Assembly (NCBI GenBank): GCA_045645725.1 | Contig: JAZRJG010000022.1 | Coordinates: 1 to 58,167, forward strand | Reading direction: 5' to 3' | DNA: 58,167 nt | From: Candidatus Enterousia sp. | Lineage (GTDB): Bacteria > Pseudomonadota > Alphaproteobacteria > Rs-D84 | Shown: piece by piece, positions 28,474-38,575 of the stretch | Position numbering within the stretch: position 1 is the stretch's first letter | How the letters are laid out: the number at the start of each line of letters is the position of its first letter | The notes under the pieces: generated by a model | The model's input: the letters and a program-made list of their open reading frames with translations, nothing else | The model's database searches: none | What the model was told of the DNA's origin: nothing | Made by a program: the position numbers and the translations under genes

Positions 28474-29472
28474 ATGTCAAAAATTAGAGTTGCCATTAAT
28501 GGCTTTGGTCGTATCGGCCGCTTGGTGTTGCGCGCCGCTTTGGAATCAGGACGCGATGACATTGAATTTGTTGCAGTAAATGATTTGGCACCAGCCGAAC
28601 AGAACGCTTATTTGTTAAAATACGATTCTGTTCACGGAAATTTGCCAATGGATATTCAATTAGACGGCGATTATATCATCGCAGGCAACCATAAAATTAA
28701 ATGCTTGTCGGAACGTAATCCGGAAAATCTGCCTTGGGGGGAAATGAACGTTGATGTCGTTATGGAATGCACAGGTATATTCACCGCCGCAGATAAAGCA
28801 CGCGTTCATATCGATGCAGGTGCAAAACGTGTGTTGGTATCTGCACCATCAACCGGCGCAGACAAAACAATCGTATTCGGTGTTAACCAAGATACTTTGA
28901 CCGCAGATGACATTATCGTTTCAAACGCGTCTTGCACAACAAATTGCTTGGCACCGGTGGTAAAAGTATTAAACGATAAATTTGGCGTAGTATCCGGATG
29001 GATGACAACCGTACACGCATACACAGGCGATCAACAATTGTTGGATAAAAATCACAAAGATTTCCGACGTGCACGCGCAGCAAACCTGTCTATGATTCCA
29101 ACCAGCACAGGTGCCGCCAAAGCAATTGGTTTGGTATTACCGGAATTGGCCGGCAAATTGGACGGTATGGCGATTCGCGTCCCAACACCGGATGTATCGG
29201 TTGTTGAATTGGTTGCAAATTTGGAAAAAGATGCGACGGTTGACGCGGTAAACGACGCAATGCGCGCGGCACAATCCAAAACATTTGGTTATAATGATTT
29301 GCCATTGGTATCAATTGACTTTACACATGATGCGCACAGTTCGGTATTTGATGCCGGTCAAACAAAAGTATTGGGCGACAAATTGGTGCATGTCACAGCA
29401 TGGTATGATAACGAATGGGGTTTTTCAAACCGCATGTGCGATACCGCCGTTGCAATGGGCAAGTTAATATAA
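28474..29472 (+). CDS. gap: Glyceraldehyde-3-phosphate dehydrogenase
   Basis: INGFGRIGR, SNASCTTNCLAP, PTSTGAAKA, WYDNEWG. Confidence 0.98.
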   Translation: MSKIRVAINGFGRIGRLVLRAALESGRDDIEFVAVNDLAPAEQNAYLLKYDSVHGNLPMDIQLDGDYIIAGNHKIKCLSERNPENLPWGEMNVDVVMECTGIFTAADKARVHIDAGAKRVLVSAPSTGADKTIVFGVNQDTLTADDIIVSNASCTTNCLAPVVKVLNDKFGVVSGWMTTVHAYTGDQQLLDKNHKDFRRARAANLSMIPTSTGAAKAIGLVLPELAGKLDGMAIRVPTPDVSVVELVANLEKDATVDAVNDAMRAAQSKTFGYNDLPLVSIDFTHDAHSSVFDAGQTKVLGDKLVHVTAWYDNEWGFSNRMCDTAVAMGKLI

Positions 29473-29573
29473 AAATAAAAGTCCCCGAAAACGGGGATTT
29501 TTTTATTGTGTAAAAATTTATAAAAAAAGTACTTGCATTTATTTCACGAAGGGTATATTATGCATAACGCTTT

Positions 29574-29650
29574 GGGGTTGTAGCTCAGCTGGTTAGAGCG
29601 TCTGCCTGTCACGGACAAGGTCGCGGGTTCGAGCCCCGTCAATCCCGCCA
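29574..29650 (+). tRNA. tRNA-Asp(GTC), anticodon stem mispaired
   Basis: Acceptor GGGGTTG/CAATCCC, G73, CCA, loop CTGTCAC; stem TCTGC/GGACA has two mismatches. Confidence 0.85.
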
Positions 29651-29748
29651 GTATTTACACCGTCGTTTGACGGTGTTTTTTCTTTTGTAAGAAAACGACA
29701 AAAAAAATACGCGCGACAAAAGTTGCGCATTCAAAACAAATAAAAAAT

Positions 29749-29833
29749 TGGTGCGGGTAAGGAGAGTCGAACTCCTATGGGTTGCCCCGCTGGAACCTAA
29801 ATCCAGTGCGTCTACCAATTTCGCCATACCCGC
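29749..29833 (-). tRNA. tRNA-Leu(TAG)
   Basis: Reverse complement: CTGGA-TTTAGGT-TCCAG, variable arm, CCA. Confidence 0.96.
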
Positions 29834-29984
29834 ATATCGGCGGATATGGCGGCACATCGTAGTCACCATACCCGCGTTTCATATGTATTTTTTCAATGTT
29901 TTTATATTTTATGATAAAATTTACTTGATTTCCAGTAAAATTTAACCTACAATCCGTCGCAGAATAATATAAAGGCGAAATAAA

Positions 29985-30164
29985 ATGGCATCAAAAAAAG
30001 GTAGCAAAGAAGTTGTACAGTTGAGAAACAATGAAACTGGCGTCTTCTATATCACAACAAAAAATACTAAGTCCGAAAATACTCAGGGCAAAATGAAATT
30101 CCGCAAATACGACAAAAAATTGCGCAAGCATGTCGTTATGACCGAAGCAAAAGTATCACACTAA
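29985..30164 (+). CDS. rpmG: 50S ribosomal protein L33 (Zn-free type; not in ORF track)
   Basis: Manual translation ...TGVFYITTKN...KMKFRKYDKKLRKHVVMTEAK. Confidence 0.92.
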   Translation: MASKKGSKEVVQLRNNETGVFYITTKNTKSENTQGKMKFRKYDKKLRKHVVMTEAKVSH

Positions 30165-30379
30165 TTTTCGTTCGGTTGTGGATTGTGATATTTATAAAAA
30201 TTCCCCGTTTGGGGAATTTTTTATGCAATAATACCGTTTTTTATATGTAAAACAGCACAGTTTGCATAATTTTTTATACAAAACACTTGACTTTTATATA
30301 AAAAAACATACAATTTGCATAAACTTTTCGTCATTGACGTAAAAAAAGAAACAAAGTAAACATAAACAAGAGAAAGAAA

Positions 30380-30679
30380 ATGAGCGATTTTGCAATCTTT
30401 CAAACCGGTGGAAAACAATACCGCGTTGCACAAGGCGATATTGTAAAGGTTGAAAAACTGGACGCAACCGGTGCAGTAGAATTCGACCAAGTATTGATGG
30501 TCGGCGACAAAATTGGCACCCCTTTTGTAGAAGGCGCCAAAGTTGTTGCAGAAGTAATCGAACAGAAACGTGCTGACAAAATTTTGGTATTCAAGAAAAA
30601 ACGTCGCCAAAACTATCGCCGCACAGCAGGCCATCGTCAGTATATTACTGTTTTGAAAATAACAGACATTAAAGCCTAA
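30380..30679 (+). CDS. rplU: 50S ribosomal protein L21
   Basis: [24 protein letters not shown]. Confidence 0.97.
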   Translation: MSDFAIFQTGGKQYRVAQGDIVKVEKLDATGAVEFDQVLMVGDKIGTPFVEGAKVVAEVIEQKRADKILVFKKKRRQNYRRTAGHRQYITVLKITDIKA

Positions 30680-30690
30680 GGAGCGAAGTT

Positions 30691-30957
30691 ATGGCACATA
30701 AGAAAGCGGGTTCCGCATCAACCAATGGACGCGACTCGGCCGGACGCAGATTAGGTGTTAAAAAATCTGGTGGCAGCCGCGTTATCCCAGGCAACATCAT
30801 CATTCGTCAACGTGGTACATCTGTACATCCGGGGTTGAATGTTGGTATGGGTAAAGATCATACTATCTTTGCAAAAATTGCCGGTATCGTTAAATTCAAA
30901 AAAGGCAATGGCGACCGCAGAACGGTTTCCGTCGTTCCAGAAGACGAAGCAAAATAA
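30691..30957 (+). CDS. rpmA: 50S ribosomal protein L27
   Basis: [39 protein letters not shown]. Confidence 0.97.
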   Translation: MAHKKAGSASTNGRDSAGRRLGVKKSGGSRVIPGNIIIRQRGTSVHPGLNVGMGKDHTIFAKIAGIVKFKKGNGDRRTVSVVPEDEAK

Positions 30958-31039
30958 TACAATCCCCCAATTGGGGGATTTTTCTTTGTAGTATCGCATT
31001 TTTGTGATACTATTCACACGTACAACAAAGGGGATACGT

Positions 31040-31390
31040 ATGAGCAAAAAATTTCAAAACACATTGGCCGACGCATTAAGCGAATTTTGGATTAACTATA
31101 TCGGATGGGGCCGCGCAACACGTTCCGAATATTGGTTCGCGTATTTGTTCTATGGCATTTTGGCAGCATGGGCCGCAATGTTGTTTGGTTTGAGTGACCT
31201 GTGGATGTTGGCGACAATGGTTCCTTTCTTTTGTTTGGGCGCACGTCGTTTACACGATACAGGACGTTCAAATTGGAATATATGTTGGTCGTTTTTACCA
31301 ATTGTCGGTTGGATTATATTGTTGGTGTTCTTCTGCCAAAAAGGCAGCACCACCACAAATAAATTTGGCCCAGCACGTCTGAAAAAATAA
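31040..31390 (+). CDS. DUF805 (YhaH-like) membrane protein
   Basis: GRATRSEYW, RRLHDTGRS, LPIVGWI, NKFGP. Confidence 0.9.
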   Translation: MSKKFQNTLADALSEFWINYIGWGRATRSEYWFAYLFYGILAAWAAMLFGLSDLWMLATMVPFFCLGARRLHDTGRSNWNICWSFLPIVGWIILLVFFCQKGSTTTNKFGPARLKK

Positions 31391-31453
31391 GACACAAAAA
31401 CAACAACACACCCCCCAATTGGGGGATTTTTTTTATTAACCGGAACAGTTACT

Positions 31454-31843
31454 ATGATAATAATAGCCGCATCAACCAAGACCAACAAAACATTGTCCAG
31501 ATTGCTGTGCAAAAATTGGAAACACGTTGCGCCAATCGTCGCAAACAATGACAAATTAACACTGTACCAATTTACACGTGCGTGGCGACACGCAACACCA
31601 ATAAAACTGCAATGGCGCGACATGAAAATCTTAGAGCAACACGGATGGATTTTTATACCCCTGTCCTATGCGCAAACAAACACAAAGATTGAAAAGATAC
31701 GCGCCGTAACCTGTGTCGCATTCACAAAGCGCGCCATCGGATTATCAGATATAAAAATCCAAACACCAAACCAATTAATCAAAGCAATAATCAGACAAAA
31801 ACTTATTTTGTTTCCGAATCCGCCCCATAGGCATCTTTATTGA
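31454..31843 (+). CDS. Hypothetical protein, possibly a permuted papain-like fold
   Basis: KH near the N-terminus, TCV..KRAIG...TP.QL near the C-terminus. Confidence 0.55.
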   Translation: MIIIAASTKTNKTLSRLLCKNWKHVAPIVANNDKLTLYQFTRAWRHATPIKLQWRDMKILEQHGWIFIPLSYAQTNTKIEKIRAVTCVAFTKRAIGLSDIKIQTPNQLIKAIIRQKLILFPNPPHRHLY

Positions 31844-32639
31844 TTAACACATTACCAACAACGCCACCAACAGTACCGACACCGCCAACCGTCGCACCAG
31901 ATATAACCAAATTCTTGGACTTTTTGGCATGCTCGTCCCATTTTTTGGCATCTTCGCCATCGGGATCCAATATCGCACGCGCCAAAGATGTGTACATACC
32001 AGCCGAACGCCCAGACGAGACATCGTCATACAATCCGGTTGTAGCAGAATCTAAAATCGGCTCGCTTTCAATGCCTGCACGCAACCCCAGGGATTCTTTG
32101 CGCATTTTCAAATCATTGGCCAGCGCAACATATTCGGCGTACAGATTGTACAAATCGGCCGACATTGGCAATTCTGTTGGCGTCGTACCATATGCCACAT
32201 TGGTGTTACCGTAATTGCATTTGAAAGTAGAAACGTATGCACGCATTTGATCTTCGGCCTGTTTATCCGCCCGCTGTTCGGACAGCCCCATCGCCAACAT
32301 CATACCACCCGCACCCGTTGCCGCCGTTGTCAGACCACCCAACAAACGATTCCCCAAACGCATTTCATTTTTACGCGCCGCGTTATACTGTTTTTGCAAT
32401 TGGGCAATTTCATTAAGTGAAGCAATACATTTTTCAAAAAATTCTGCGGGCGTCATATTGCCAACGCGGTTCTTGTCATTACAACCATCTTGTGTTAATT
32501 GATTTTCCGCCGCTTGCAGTTGACCACTTTCCACCGGTTGGTCATCGCCATCACACAATGCAGTTTGCGTCAGAAAACACATAGATAAAGCAATAAACGA
32601 AGTTATAAATCTGTACATATCCCCCGTCACCATATGCAA
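31803..32639 (-). CDS. Secreted glycine-zipper protein
   Basis: Signal peptide; LLGGLTTAATGAGG...FKCNYG; C-terminal GATVGGVGTVGGVVG; start could be a few codons downstream. Confidence 0.75.
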   Translation of the reverse strand: MHMVTGDMYRFITSFIALSMCFLTQTALCDGDDQPVESGQLQAAENQLTQDGCNDKNRVGNMTPAEFFEKCIASLNEIAQLQKQYNAARKNEMRLGNRLLGGLTTAATGAGGMMLAMGLSEQRADKQAEDQMRAYVSTFKCNYGNTNVAYGTTPTELPMSADLYNLYAEYVALANDLKMRKESLGLRAGIESEPILDSATTGLYDDVSSGRSAGMYTSLARAILDPDGEDAKKWDEHAKKSKNLVISGATVGGVGTVGGVVGNVLINKDAYGADSETK

Positions 32640-32659
32640 TATTATAACGCATTACACAA

Positions 32660-33484
32660 TTAATCCAACGCCAAGATAAAAACACCCAATTCGTTCGCAC
32701 GACGAATTACCGCGGGCTTATCAACAACAAAGCACGTACGCGTATTCACAACAATACCACGCAAATGTGCCGCAGCAACCGCGTTTACCGTATCAACACC
32801 AATCGCAGGTATATCAATACGCAAATCCTGATCCGGTTTGGTCATTTTCGCAAACACACCACGTGCACGACGACGGGTTTTGCGCATTTCAACAACACGT
32901 TCCAACATACGGGCCGTGCCTTCGGCCGCTTCGACCGCGATAACTTGGGTATCAACAACGACAGACGCACCAATATCTTCGGCACCAATGGTATGCGAAA
33001 CCTGAATCGCGCGTTCAATGTTCGCCATATCCGAACGCGTTGGACGTGCACGCGTTTGAACACCCGCATCTGTAAAAGTTAATTCGGGCGCCAAATCTTG
33101 GGCAGCCACAACTTCGAACCCTTGTTTTTCCAGAACACTATTAAATGCAACAGCCATAGAATCATACCCCCGTTGATGTTTCATAACGCGCAACAACATG
33201 CGAATTGTCCAAAAGTCAGGACGCAAATCAGAAAAGTTAGGATGCCCCAACGCGCCCACAAATGTTAATTTACGAATGCCACGACGACGCAACTGGCGCG
33301 CGGCACGACCACCACCACCCAATCGCACAACCATATCCGGTTCCAAACGCGGATCGCAGAAATTCTTTAACCCAATAACAAATACGTCCCAACCCGCACG
33401 ACGCAAGGCATCACGCGTAAAGAACGGCAAGTCCAATGCGCCGGCAATCAACGCAATCTTTTTATCCGATGTTTTATTTGACAT
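32660..33484 (-). CDS. lpxI: UDP-2,3-diacylglucosamine hydrolase
   Basis: ALIAG.LDLP, DIG.SVVV, AVEAAEGT, K.KPDQDLRIDIPAIG. Confidence 0.9.
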   Translation of the reverse strand: MSNKTSDKKIALIAGALDLPFFTRDALRRAGWDVFVIGLKNFCDPRLEPDMVVRLGGGGRAARQLRRRGIRKLTFVGALGHPNFSDLRPDFWTIRMLLRVMKHQRGYDSMAVAFNSVLEKQGFEVVAAQDLAPELTFTDAGVQTRARPTRSDMANIERAIQVSHTIGAEDIGASVVVDTQVIAVEAAEGTARMLERVVEMRKTRRRARGVFAKMTKPDQDLRIDIPAIGVDTVNAVAAAHLRGIVVNTRTCFVVDKPAVIRRANELGVFILALD

Positions 33485-33579
33485 ACATATATCGTACGCA
33501 TAAATCGCACTGGAATCAAGTCGCAATTTATGATAAAATTATTTATAATAGTAATATGTTGAACATGGAAATGAAACAA

Positions 33580-34350
33580 ATGAAAACATTTTTGGGTATA
33601 GGGGCGGCTTTGGCCGTTATCAGCACGACCACAGCCAACGCAGATTACAGCGACAAAAAATTCCGCAACGAAATTGGACGTGGCTTGGATTTGGTCAGTG
33701 CCGCAGTTATATATGACGACATCATTGATGATGCGCCGGGGGAATTGGGACAAGAAGTGTATGAATATGTTGGCGCCGTCAAAAACGACGATATGCGCGT
33801 ATTCGTTCCAACGTCACACTATGTTCGTATGGGCGCAGGATTAAATTTGGGATTCGCAACAGATTCCGCACAATTCCAAGGAAAAAATTATGAAAGTTCG
33901 GGCGGATACACAATGCAAATCGGTCTGGGGTGGAATTTATCGTCGTACGTCAGAACGGAAATAGATTTCCAAAATTCTGTGTTGAAGTTTTCAGATTTAG
34001 ACGGAAAACAAGCAACACAAAAGACATTGGGCGGAATGCTGTATTTTGATTTGGCCCGCAGATACGTTCAAAGTGGCGACATTACCAAACGCAGAACTTT
34101 TGTTCCATTTATGGGATTTGGCGCAGGGGTTGGCGTATATGAATTCGAAGGCACAGATGGCGCAAATGGATTCGTTATTGCTGCACCACGCGCAGAGATT
34201 GGATTTAATGTTAAATTAAATGAGTTAATTGGCATTGATATTGCATATCAATACCAAATGATGATTGGAAATGGCTTTGGTTGGGATGTGCGCGATGGGG
34301 GCACAGATAATATCAGCAACATAATGGCAACAATTCGCGCAGAGTTCTAA
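33580..34350 (+). CDS. Outer-membrane beta-barrel protein (Opa/porin-like)
   Basis: Signal peptide, alternating beta strands, PFMGFGAG, terminal Phe. Confidence 0.8.
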   Translation: MKTFLGIGAALAVISTTTANADYSDKKFRNEIGRGLDLVSAAVIYDDIIDDAPGELGQEVYEYVGAVKNDDMRVFVPTSHYVRMGAGLNLGFATDSAQFQGKNYESSGGYTMQIGLGWNLSSYVRTEIDFQNSVLKFSDLDGKQATQKTLGGMLYFDLARRYVQSGDITKRRTFVPFMGFGAGVGVYEFEGTDGANGFVIAAPRAEIGFNVKLNELIGIDIAYQYQMMIGNGFGWDVRDGGTDNISNIMATIRAEF

Positions 34351-34366
34351 AATAAAAGGCAAAATT

Positions 34367-35020
34367 ATGAAACAGCACTTATTTTTTGTTACCGCAACTT
34401 TGATTCCAACGATGGCCAGTGCCGCAATCCCATATCGCGTCGAACAAGTAAATATGCCAAACATCGAACAACCGGCGGGGATTGATAACGAAGCATTGGC
34501 GCGCACGCGCAGATTCTATGTTGGTGGTGCGTATAACTTTGCAATGTGGGACGGTTTTACAAATTCAGATGACGTAACCGTATCTGCACGCAATTCAAAT
34601 TCTTTTGAAGCAATGGCCGGCGTTCGCATATACGACACTTTCAGATTAGAGGCAAACTATATCAAAACAAAGGCACATTGGAAAAACCTGTCTTTGACGG
34701 GCGACACAGTTTTTGTAAACGCCATTTTGGATGCGCGCGTTGATAATATTTACAGATTGTTCCACAGCCAAATGTTGGTGCCATATGTCGGTGTTGGCGC
34801 AGGGCTGTCATGGAATTCGGGCGAAGAAAATGTCCACATAGACAAAAAAATCGCACCTGTGGCGGCGGCTATGGCGGGTATTGGAATCGAATTTAATACA
34901 GTATTCGCATTGGATTTTGGATACAGATATTTCTATATGTTCAATCCAAAAATCACAGAAGTCCGCGATTTGAATCCGACATCTCATCAATTCAGATTGG
35001 GCGCACGGGTCAGTTTTTAA
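34367..35020 (+). CDS. Outer-membrane beta-barrel protein
   Basis: Signal peptide, PYVGVGAG, DFGYRY, HQFRLGARVSF. Confidence 0.85.
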   Translation: MKQHLFFVTATLIPTMASAAIPYRVEQVNMPNIEQPAGIDNEALARTRRFYVGGAYNFAMWDGFTNSDDVTVSARNSNSFEAMAGVRIYDTFRLEANYIKTKAHWKNLSLTGDTVFVNAILDARVDNIYRLFHSQMLVPYVGVGAGLSWNSGEENVHIDKKIAPVAAAMAGIGIEFNTVFALDFGYRYFYMFNPKITEVRDLNPTSHQFRLGARVSF

Positions 35021-35946
35021 TGTCACAAAAATGTCCATTTTTTGGTAAATGCGGGGGCTGTAAATACGATTTTACAGCACCAGATTATCGCGAACAAAAA
35101 TTGCGACAAATTGAAAAAGTACATCCAACCAACCCTGCTGTTTGGATACAGGCCGGCGAACGTCGTCGTGCGGACTTTTGCTTTGCACCAAATCAATTTG
35201 GATTATATGAAGCAAAATCAAAAAACATTATCAATATCACACACTGCCCCAATTTATGCGGGAAAATAAATAACATCCTGCCGATGGTGGCACAGTTACC
35301 ATGGGCGGCCGCGGGCGCATGCTTAATCACATCGTGTGACAATGGGATAGACATCGCAATAACATCGAATGTGCCCTACTTTACCCCAGAATTCAAAAAA
35401 GCCGCCGACAAATTGGACGCAATACGCATAACATGGAACGACAAGATAATTAAACAGACCGCAACACCAACCGTCACATTTGGTACACATACCGTCGAAT
35501 ATCCAACGGGCGCTTTTTTACAACCAACCATTATTGGCGCGGACATAATGCGTGATTTAGTCGTGCAATATATCGGTGACAATAAACGTGTAATTGATTT
35601 GTTTTGCGGAATTGGAAATTTTACTTTTGCGACAAATGCCGATGGATTTGATATAGTCGGCACCGGCGTTAAACGCGACCTGTTCAAAAAACCAGCAACG
35701 GCCGCAATGCTAAACCAATATGACGCAGCAATTATTGACCCACCACGCGCCGGCGCAGATGCACAATGTCAAGAATTAACACGCAGTAATATCAAGCGAA
35801 TTGTATACATTTCTTGTAATCCAAATACTTTTGACCGCGACGCAAAAACATTGACACGTGGCGGGTACCATTTGACCCATTTGACCCCAGTCGATCAGTT
35901 TGTCGGCAGCAACCATTGGGAAATAGTGGCGGTTTTTGATAAATAA
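35020..35946 (+). CDS. RlmD/TrmA-family RNA uracil-5-methyltransferase (compact)
   Basis: CPFFGKCGGC Fe-S motif, AFLQ, DLFCGIGNF, DPPRAG, YISCNP, DQF...HWE. Confidence 0.88.
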   Translation: MSQKCPFFGKCGGCKYDFTAPDYREQKLRQIEKVHPTNPAVWIQAGERRRADFCFAPNQFGLYEAKSKNIINITHCPNLCGKINNILPMVAQLPWAAAGACLITSCDNGIDIAITSNVPYFTPEFKKAADKLDAIRITWNDKIIKQTATPTVTFGTHTVEYPTGAFLQPTIIGADIMRDLVVQYIGDNKRVIDLFCGIGNFTFATNADGFDIVGTGVKRDLFKKPATAAMLNQYDAAIIDPPRAGADAQCQELTRSNIKRIVYISCNPNTFDRDAKTLTRGGYHLTHLTPVDQFVGSNHWEIVAVFDK

Positions 35947-36181
35947 TCCGCATTTTTACTTGATTTTTTTCAATATATGTATATTATGTATATACAAACT
36001 TTGGTTCCCTGATTTCGGGGCGGGCTGTCGGTTAATGACAAGTCGGGGCGTATAAATATATTACGTCTGAATGTACGATGCGAATTGATGTTATCGCAAC
36101 GAACCAATCAAACAAAAACAGTATAACAATTTAGACAGTCAACATTTGTTGACGGGTCTGCTTGGTTGCAAAGGAGAAAAA

Positions 36182-36871
36182 ATGTCATTAAAATTTAAAA
36201 CACTGCTATGCACATGCGGCTTTATGATGGGAACACTGGGCATACCACAAAGTGAAACGGGGGCAAGCGCACACGAAGCCGATGTCCCAAAACGCGATAT
36301 CCCGGAAAACTTAAATAAGATTGAAGTACCAGATAGCCAAACAGTGAATTATACAGTTTACGTGGATTTAAACATAAATACACATGCAGTTGCCCAAAAC
36401 TATAACGTGATTTACACAACCGCAGGGGGCGCACAGACCCTGCGTCAAGGCGGTTCACGTGCATGGCGCAACAATAACCCCGGATGCATCCGCAGCGGTT
36501 CTTTTGCACACGCAAACGGTGCAATTGGCAACGCCGGTGGCTTTGCGGTATTTCCCGACGAACAAACCGGAATGGACGCAATTTGCGCTTTGCTGCGTTC
36601 GGAAAAATACAGAAACAAAACAATCGGCAACGCAATGTATTCGTATGCGCCACCATTTGAAAACAACACGGTAGCATATAATTCATATCTGCGCAGATTG
36701 ACCGGAATGTCAACAACATTGAAACTGAGTGATTTGACAGATGAACAAATCAGAACATTGGCACGCGCAATCCGACAAGTCGAAGGTTGGCAAGAAGGCA
36801 CAATCAGACAAATTCGTGCAGATACAGTAAATATGGCAATTATGCAAAATAAAATGCAAAAAACACTGTAA
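36182..36871 (+). CDS. Secreted lysozyme-like protein (RNNNPG motif)
   Basis: AAGGAG SD, signal-like N-terminus, AWRNNNPGCI, FAVFP...G, YAPPFENNT..Y, AIRQVEG. Confidence 0.75.
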   Translation: MSLKFKTLLCTCGFMMGTLGIPQSETGASAHEADVPKRDIPENLNKIEVPDSQTVNYTVYVDLNINTHAVAQNYNVIYTTAGGAQTLRQGGSRAWRNNNPGCIRSGSFAHANGAIGNAGGFAVFPDEQTGMDAICALLRSEKYRNKTIGNAMYSYAPPFENNTVAYNSYLRRLTGMSTTLKLSDLTDEQIRTLARAIRQVEGWQEGTIRQIRADTVNMAIMQNKMQKTL

Positions 36872-36897
36872 TAAAAAGACCGCAAATTGCGGTTTTT

Positions 36898-37176
36898 TTA
36901 TTTCGCTATCTTATGCTTAATTTCACGAATACGCGCCAAAATCTCTTTCAAATCGGCATCCGTCACAGATGGCGCAGGACGATTATGAACTTCGTCCGCC
37001 AAAACAATACACAGTGTTGCCAACAAAGCACTTTCCGGCAATGGGCCAATTTTATCCAAAATCTGACGCGCACGTGCATCAACCATACGCCCCAATTCCA
37101 ACAAGCGTGCCTCTTGCCCATCTTCACAGCCCATGGGATAGTTTTTATTTACAATAGGTATGGACACAACACTCAT
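36898..37176 (-). CDS. zapA: Cell division protein ZapA
   Basis: Y.MGCEDGQEARL..LG..VD...LCIVLADE. Confidence 0.88.
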   Translation of the reverse strand: MSVVSIPIVNKNYPMGCEDGQEARLLELGRMVDARARQILDKIGPLPESALLATLCIVLADEVHNRPAPSVTDADLKEILARIREIKHKIAK

Positions 37177-37385
37177 TTTTTCAACTTCTTTAATATAGTT
37201 AACGATTCGTCAATCATTTCGGCAGCACGCGTATTTTTTTCACGCAAAGTACGAACCTGTTGCGTTAAAATCGCGACCTCTAAATCTGTTTGCTTGCCCG
37301 CGTGTATCGCCGTACCACGCAATTTGGCGGCGGCTTCTTCTAAACTGGATAACTCTTGAAAAATTTGTTGTTTTATATCTGCCAT
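37173..37385 (-). CDS. Small coiled-coil partner upstream of zapA
   Basis: Heptad-rich 70 aa; ATGA-coupled to zapA. Confidence 0.65.
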   Translation of the reverse strand: MADIKQQIFQELSSLEEAAAKLRGTAIHAGKQTDLEVAILTQQVRTLREKNTRAAEMIDESLTILKKLKK

Positions 37386-37468
37386 ATTGGCAGTTTAAGA
37401 TATTTTTTATATGCGTTCAACATGAAAATGTGATATAGTATATCAATGTATTGTGGGGGTGATTTTAC

Positions 37469-38560
37469 ATGAAGACAAAAATTATTTATATTTCTGGTAA
37501 TGAACTGTTTGAAATGACGGATATTCGTGCCGCTTTTGAAGAAGTGCGCAGCACTTTGGGTTTGGATAAAGATACAATTTTATTTGGTGTGCCCGTTGAT
37601 TGCGATGACGCAATGGATGCCAAACAAAATGATGTTGTTACGGAAACACAACCAATTTGCGAATCCGTTGTAATTGAACCGGAACCAATAATTATTACAA
37701 ATTCTGAAATATTGCCACCGGTCGCAGAACACGTTGAACCAGAAATCGATACCACCCCAGAAATAACAGCAGAAGTTTATACAGAACCAGTCGTTGACAC
37801 AGAACAGGTAGAAGAAGATACCGCAAAAGTTATTCCTATTTTGTCCGTATTGGCAACAAAACCGGAAGAAGCGGCACCCCAGAACACAACAGAAGAAATT
37901 ATCGTTGACGCGCCCGTAACAGAACCGGTTAAAGATACAGAACAACCCGAAATCATTATTGACCAAGCAACAGAAATTATCGACAACGATGTAACAGAAG
38001 AAGTTATCGTTGATGAAGCAGATGCATCAGAAGTTATTGTAGCCGAAGCAGTTGACGCACCCGCACCAGATGAATTTATCGATACAGAACATGATATTTC
38101 ACAAATTGCGCCGGAAATAAACGACACAGATAATGTCGAAGCAATATCTATTGGCGATATGATTAATGACGATGTTCCGGTTGTCGAAACAAAAAAAACG
38201 TTGGAAGAATTGTTGGAAAGTATGAAGCCACTGCGTGAAGAAGCAAACCAAACACCGGTTGTGGAAGACACAGCGGACGATTCGGCAGATGACTTTGTTG
38301 TAATGGATACAGACGACACAGATGCAACTTTGGCACAATTGGCATCAGAATTCGCAGAAAACGAAGATAAAATTGTCGCCGCACCAAAACCAGAAGCACA
38401 TGGAAAAATTGGCAAATTAAAAAATATTTTGCCTTTCAAAAAAGCAAAACGTGACGACGGCGGTTTGATGGGCGACCTGTTCGGGTGGGCCGGCATCGCC
38501 GCAAACGACGATGACTTTGCAATTCCGGGATTCTTTTCCGCAGGCGGTCAAAAGAAATAA
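37469..38560 (+). CDS. Acidic, low-complexity protein with ordered-looking termini
   Basis: Long E/D/P/T/V-rich middle; C-terminal LMGDLFGWAG...FAIPGFF. Confidence 0.8.
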   Translation: MKTKIIYISGNELFEMTDIRAAFEEVRSTLGLDKDTILFGVPVDCDDAMDAKQNDVVTETQPICESVVIEPEPIIITNSEILPPVAEHVEPEIDTTPEITAEVYTEPVVDTEQVEEDTAKVIPILSVLATKPEEAAPQNTTEEIIVDAPVTEPVKDTEQPEIIIDQATEIIDNDVTEEVIVDEADASEVIVAEAVDAPAPDEFIDTEHDISQIAPEINDTDNVEAISIGDMINDDVPVVETKKTLEELLESMKPLREEANQTPVVEDTADDSADDFVVMDTDDTDATLAQLASEFAENEDKIVAAPKPEAHGKIGKLKNILPFKKAKRDDGGLMGDLFGWAGIAANDDDFAIPGFFSAGGQKK

Positions 38561-38575
38561 TCAAAGGCACAGAAA

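Noticed and set aside
36872-36900. 6S RNA downstream of zapA
   Set aside because: Only a short terminator hairpin separates zapA from the convergent gene
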